57,780 nt of DNA from Actinomycetes bacterium. Lineage in GTDB: Bacteria; Actinomycetota; Actinomycetes; JACCUZ01. Every line of letters starts with the position of its first letter. Position 1 is the first letter of the stretch. The position numbers were made by a program, and so were the translations under genes. Location: NCBI GenBank assembly GCA_035489715.1, contig DATHAP010000168.1, positions 1 to 57,780 of the forward strand, given 5' to 3'. The notes under the pieces were generated by a model. It did not search any database and was not told the DNA's origin. It saw nothing but the letters and a program-made list of their open reading frames with translations. Below are positions 57,088 through 57,780 of the stretch, in pieces.

Positions 57088-57780
57088 TCAGCCGGCGAGG
57101 TGCAGCGTGAGCGAGCTCGGTGCCCCGTCGACGACCCGCAGCGGGACGCCCCAGTCCTGCTGGTGCACGTGGCACGCCGGGAAGTCGACGCCCTCACCGG
57201 GCTCGTCGCAGGATGCCGCGCGGGCTGCGACGTGCAGCACGCCGTCGCCGACCTGACCGTCCAGCGTGATCCGGCGGACCAGGTCGGTCCCCGTGCCGTC
57301 GCCCTCCTTGAGCAGGTCGGGCGGGGTGGCCGACACGAGCAGCCGGGTGGCCGGGCCGTAGCGCTCGTCGAGCTTCTGCCCGGGCGGGGGAGTGAACACC
57401 ACCTCGAGGTCCACGTCGCCCGGCCCCACCTCGGTGACCGGGCGGGAGGTGCGCCGGGCCGTGCCGTCGACGACGAGAGCGGCGGCGGGCAGCCGCAGCC
57501 GGGTGAGCCGGTGGGCGGCGGACTCCACCACGATCAGGTGCTCGCCGGCGACCAGTGCGGCGCTCGGCTCGGCCAGCCCGGCCAGCAGGGTGGTCACCTC
57601 GCCGGTCGAGGGGTCGTAGCGACGTACCGCGCCGTTGTAGGTGTCGCTGACCGCGACGGACCCGTCGGGCAGGGCCGTGACGCCGAGCGGGTGCTGCAGC
57701 AGGGCGTCGGCGGCCGGGCCGTCCACGTGCCCGAAGTCGAACAGCCCGGTGCCGACGTCGGTCAGCACCTCGTAGCGGGC
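57088..57780 (-). CDS. NHL-repeat protein, C-terminal part (N-terminus outside window; often fused to a thioredoxin-like domain)
   Basis: The frame is open to the window edge. It has NHL-type repeats (LQHPLGVTALPDGSVAVSDTYNGAVRRYDPSTGEV) followed by a beta-sandwich-like tail. Confidence 0.75.
   Translation of the reverse strand, partial: ARYEVLTDVGTGLFDFGHVDGPAADALLQHPLGVTALPDGSVAVSDTYNGAVRRYDPSTGEVTTLLAGLAEPSAALVAGEHLIVVESAAHRLTRLRLPAAALVVDGTARRTSRPVTEVGPGDVDLEVVFTPPPGQKLDERYGPATRLLVSATPPDLLKEGDGTGTDLVRRITLDGQVGDGVLHVAARAASCDEPGEGVDFPACHVHQQDWGVPLRVVDGAPSSLTLHLAG

Overview
This window is a very G+C-rich actinobacterial chromosome segment, probably Nocardioides/Propionibacteriales-like. That assignment is an inference from the protein families, the HspR/HAIR heat-shock regulation and the many leaderless starts. 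I support about 58 protein-coding genes, one tRNA-Gly(CCC), one folE relic and one gene with a broken reading frame. The six-frame track contains many very long ORFs that are GC-driven shadows or run-ons of the real genes. I trimmed those using start codons, SD or leaderless -10 signals, and the point where the translation starts to look like protein.

The backbone is conserved core genome whose gene content recalls the mycobacterial Rv0338c-Rv0384c neighbourhood:
- DUF3151 and fba
- DedA
- TrmH-like methyltransferase
- pyrE
- a dnaK-grpE-dnaJ-hspR-clpB operon with two HAIR operators
- an Rv0338c-like Fe-S reductase
- dcd
- a FadE5-like acyl-CoA dehydrogenase

Accessory blocks sit between these core genes:
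- a secreted M4 protease, a DUF4235 protein and a phytase-like esterase
- a LAL regulator followed by a DUF4242-like gene, a DUF3455 gene and a methyltransferase
- a serine hydrolase and a MacB-type ABC transporter
- a variable segment next to the tRNA, carrying a degraded folE
- a MoxR-DUF58-transglutaminase operon that ends in an MfpA/Qnr-type pentapeptide-repeat gene

The observations most worth a second look:
1. The DNA-mimic pentapeptide gene is physically overlapped with the MoxR/DUF58/TgpA module.
2. An AT-rich 18-nt operator-like motif is shared by the Fe-S reductase and fadE5-like promoters.
3. The LAL/DUF4242-like/DUF3455 module has unknown function.
4. The lemA partner gene is broken at a C5 homopolymer run.
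5. There are perfect 9-bp tandem repeats, one of them in the grpE-dnaJ spacer.
6. TANNNT-N6-8-start leaderless promoters are unusually frequent.

I saw no CRISPR array, rRNA, transposase or integrase.
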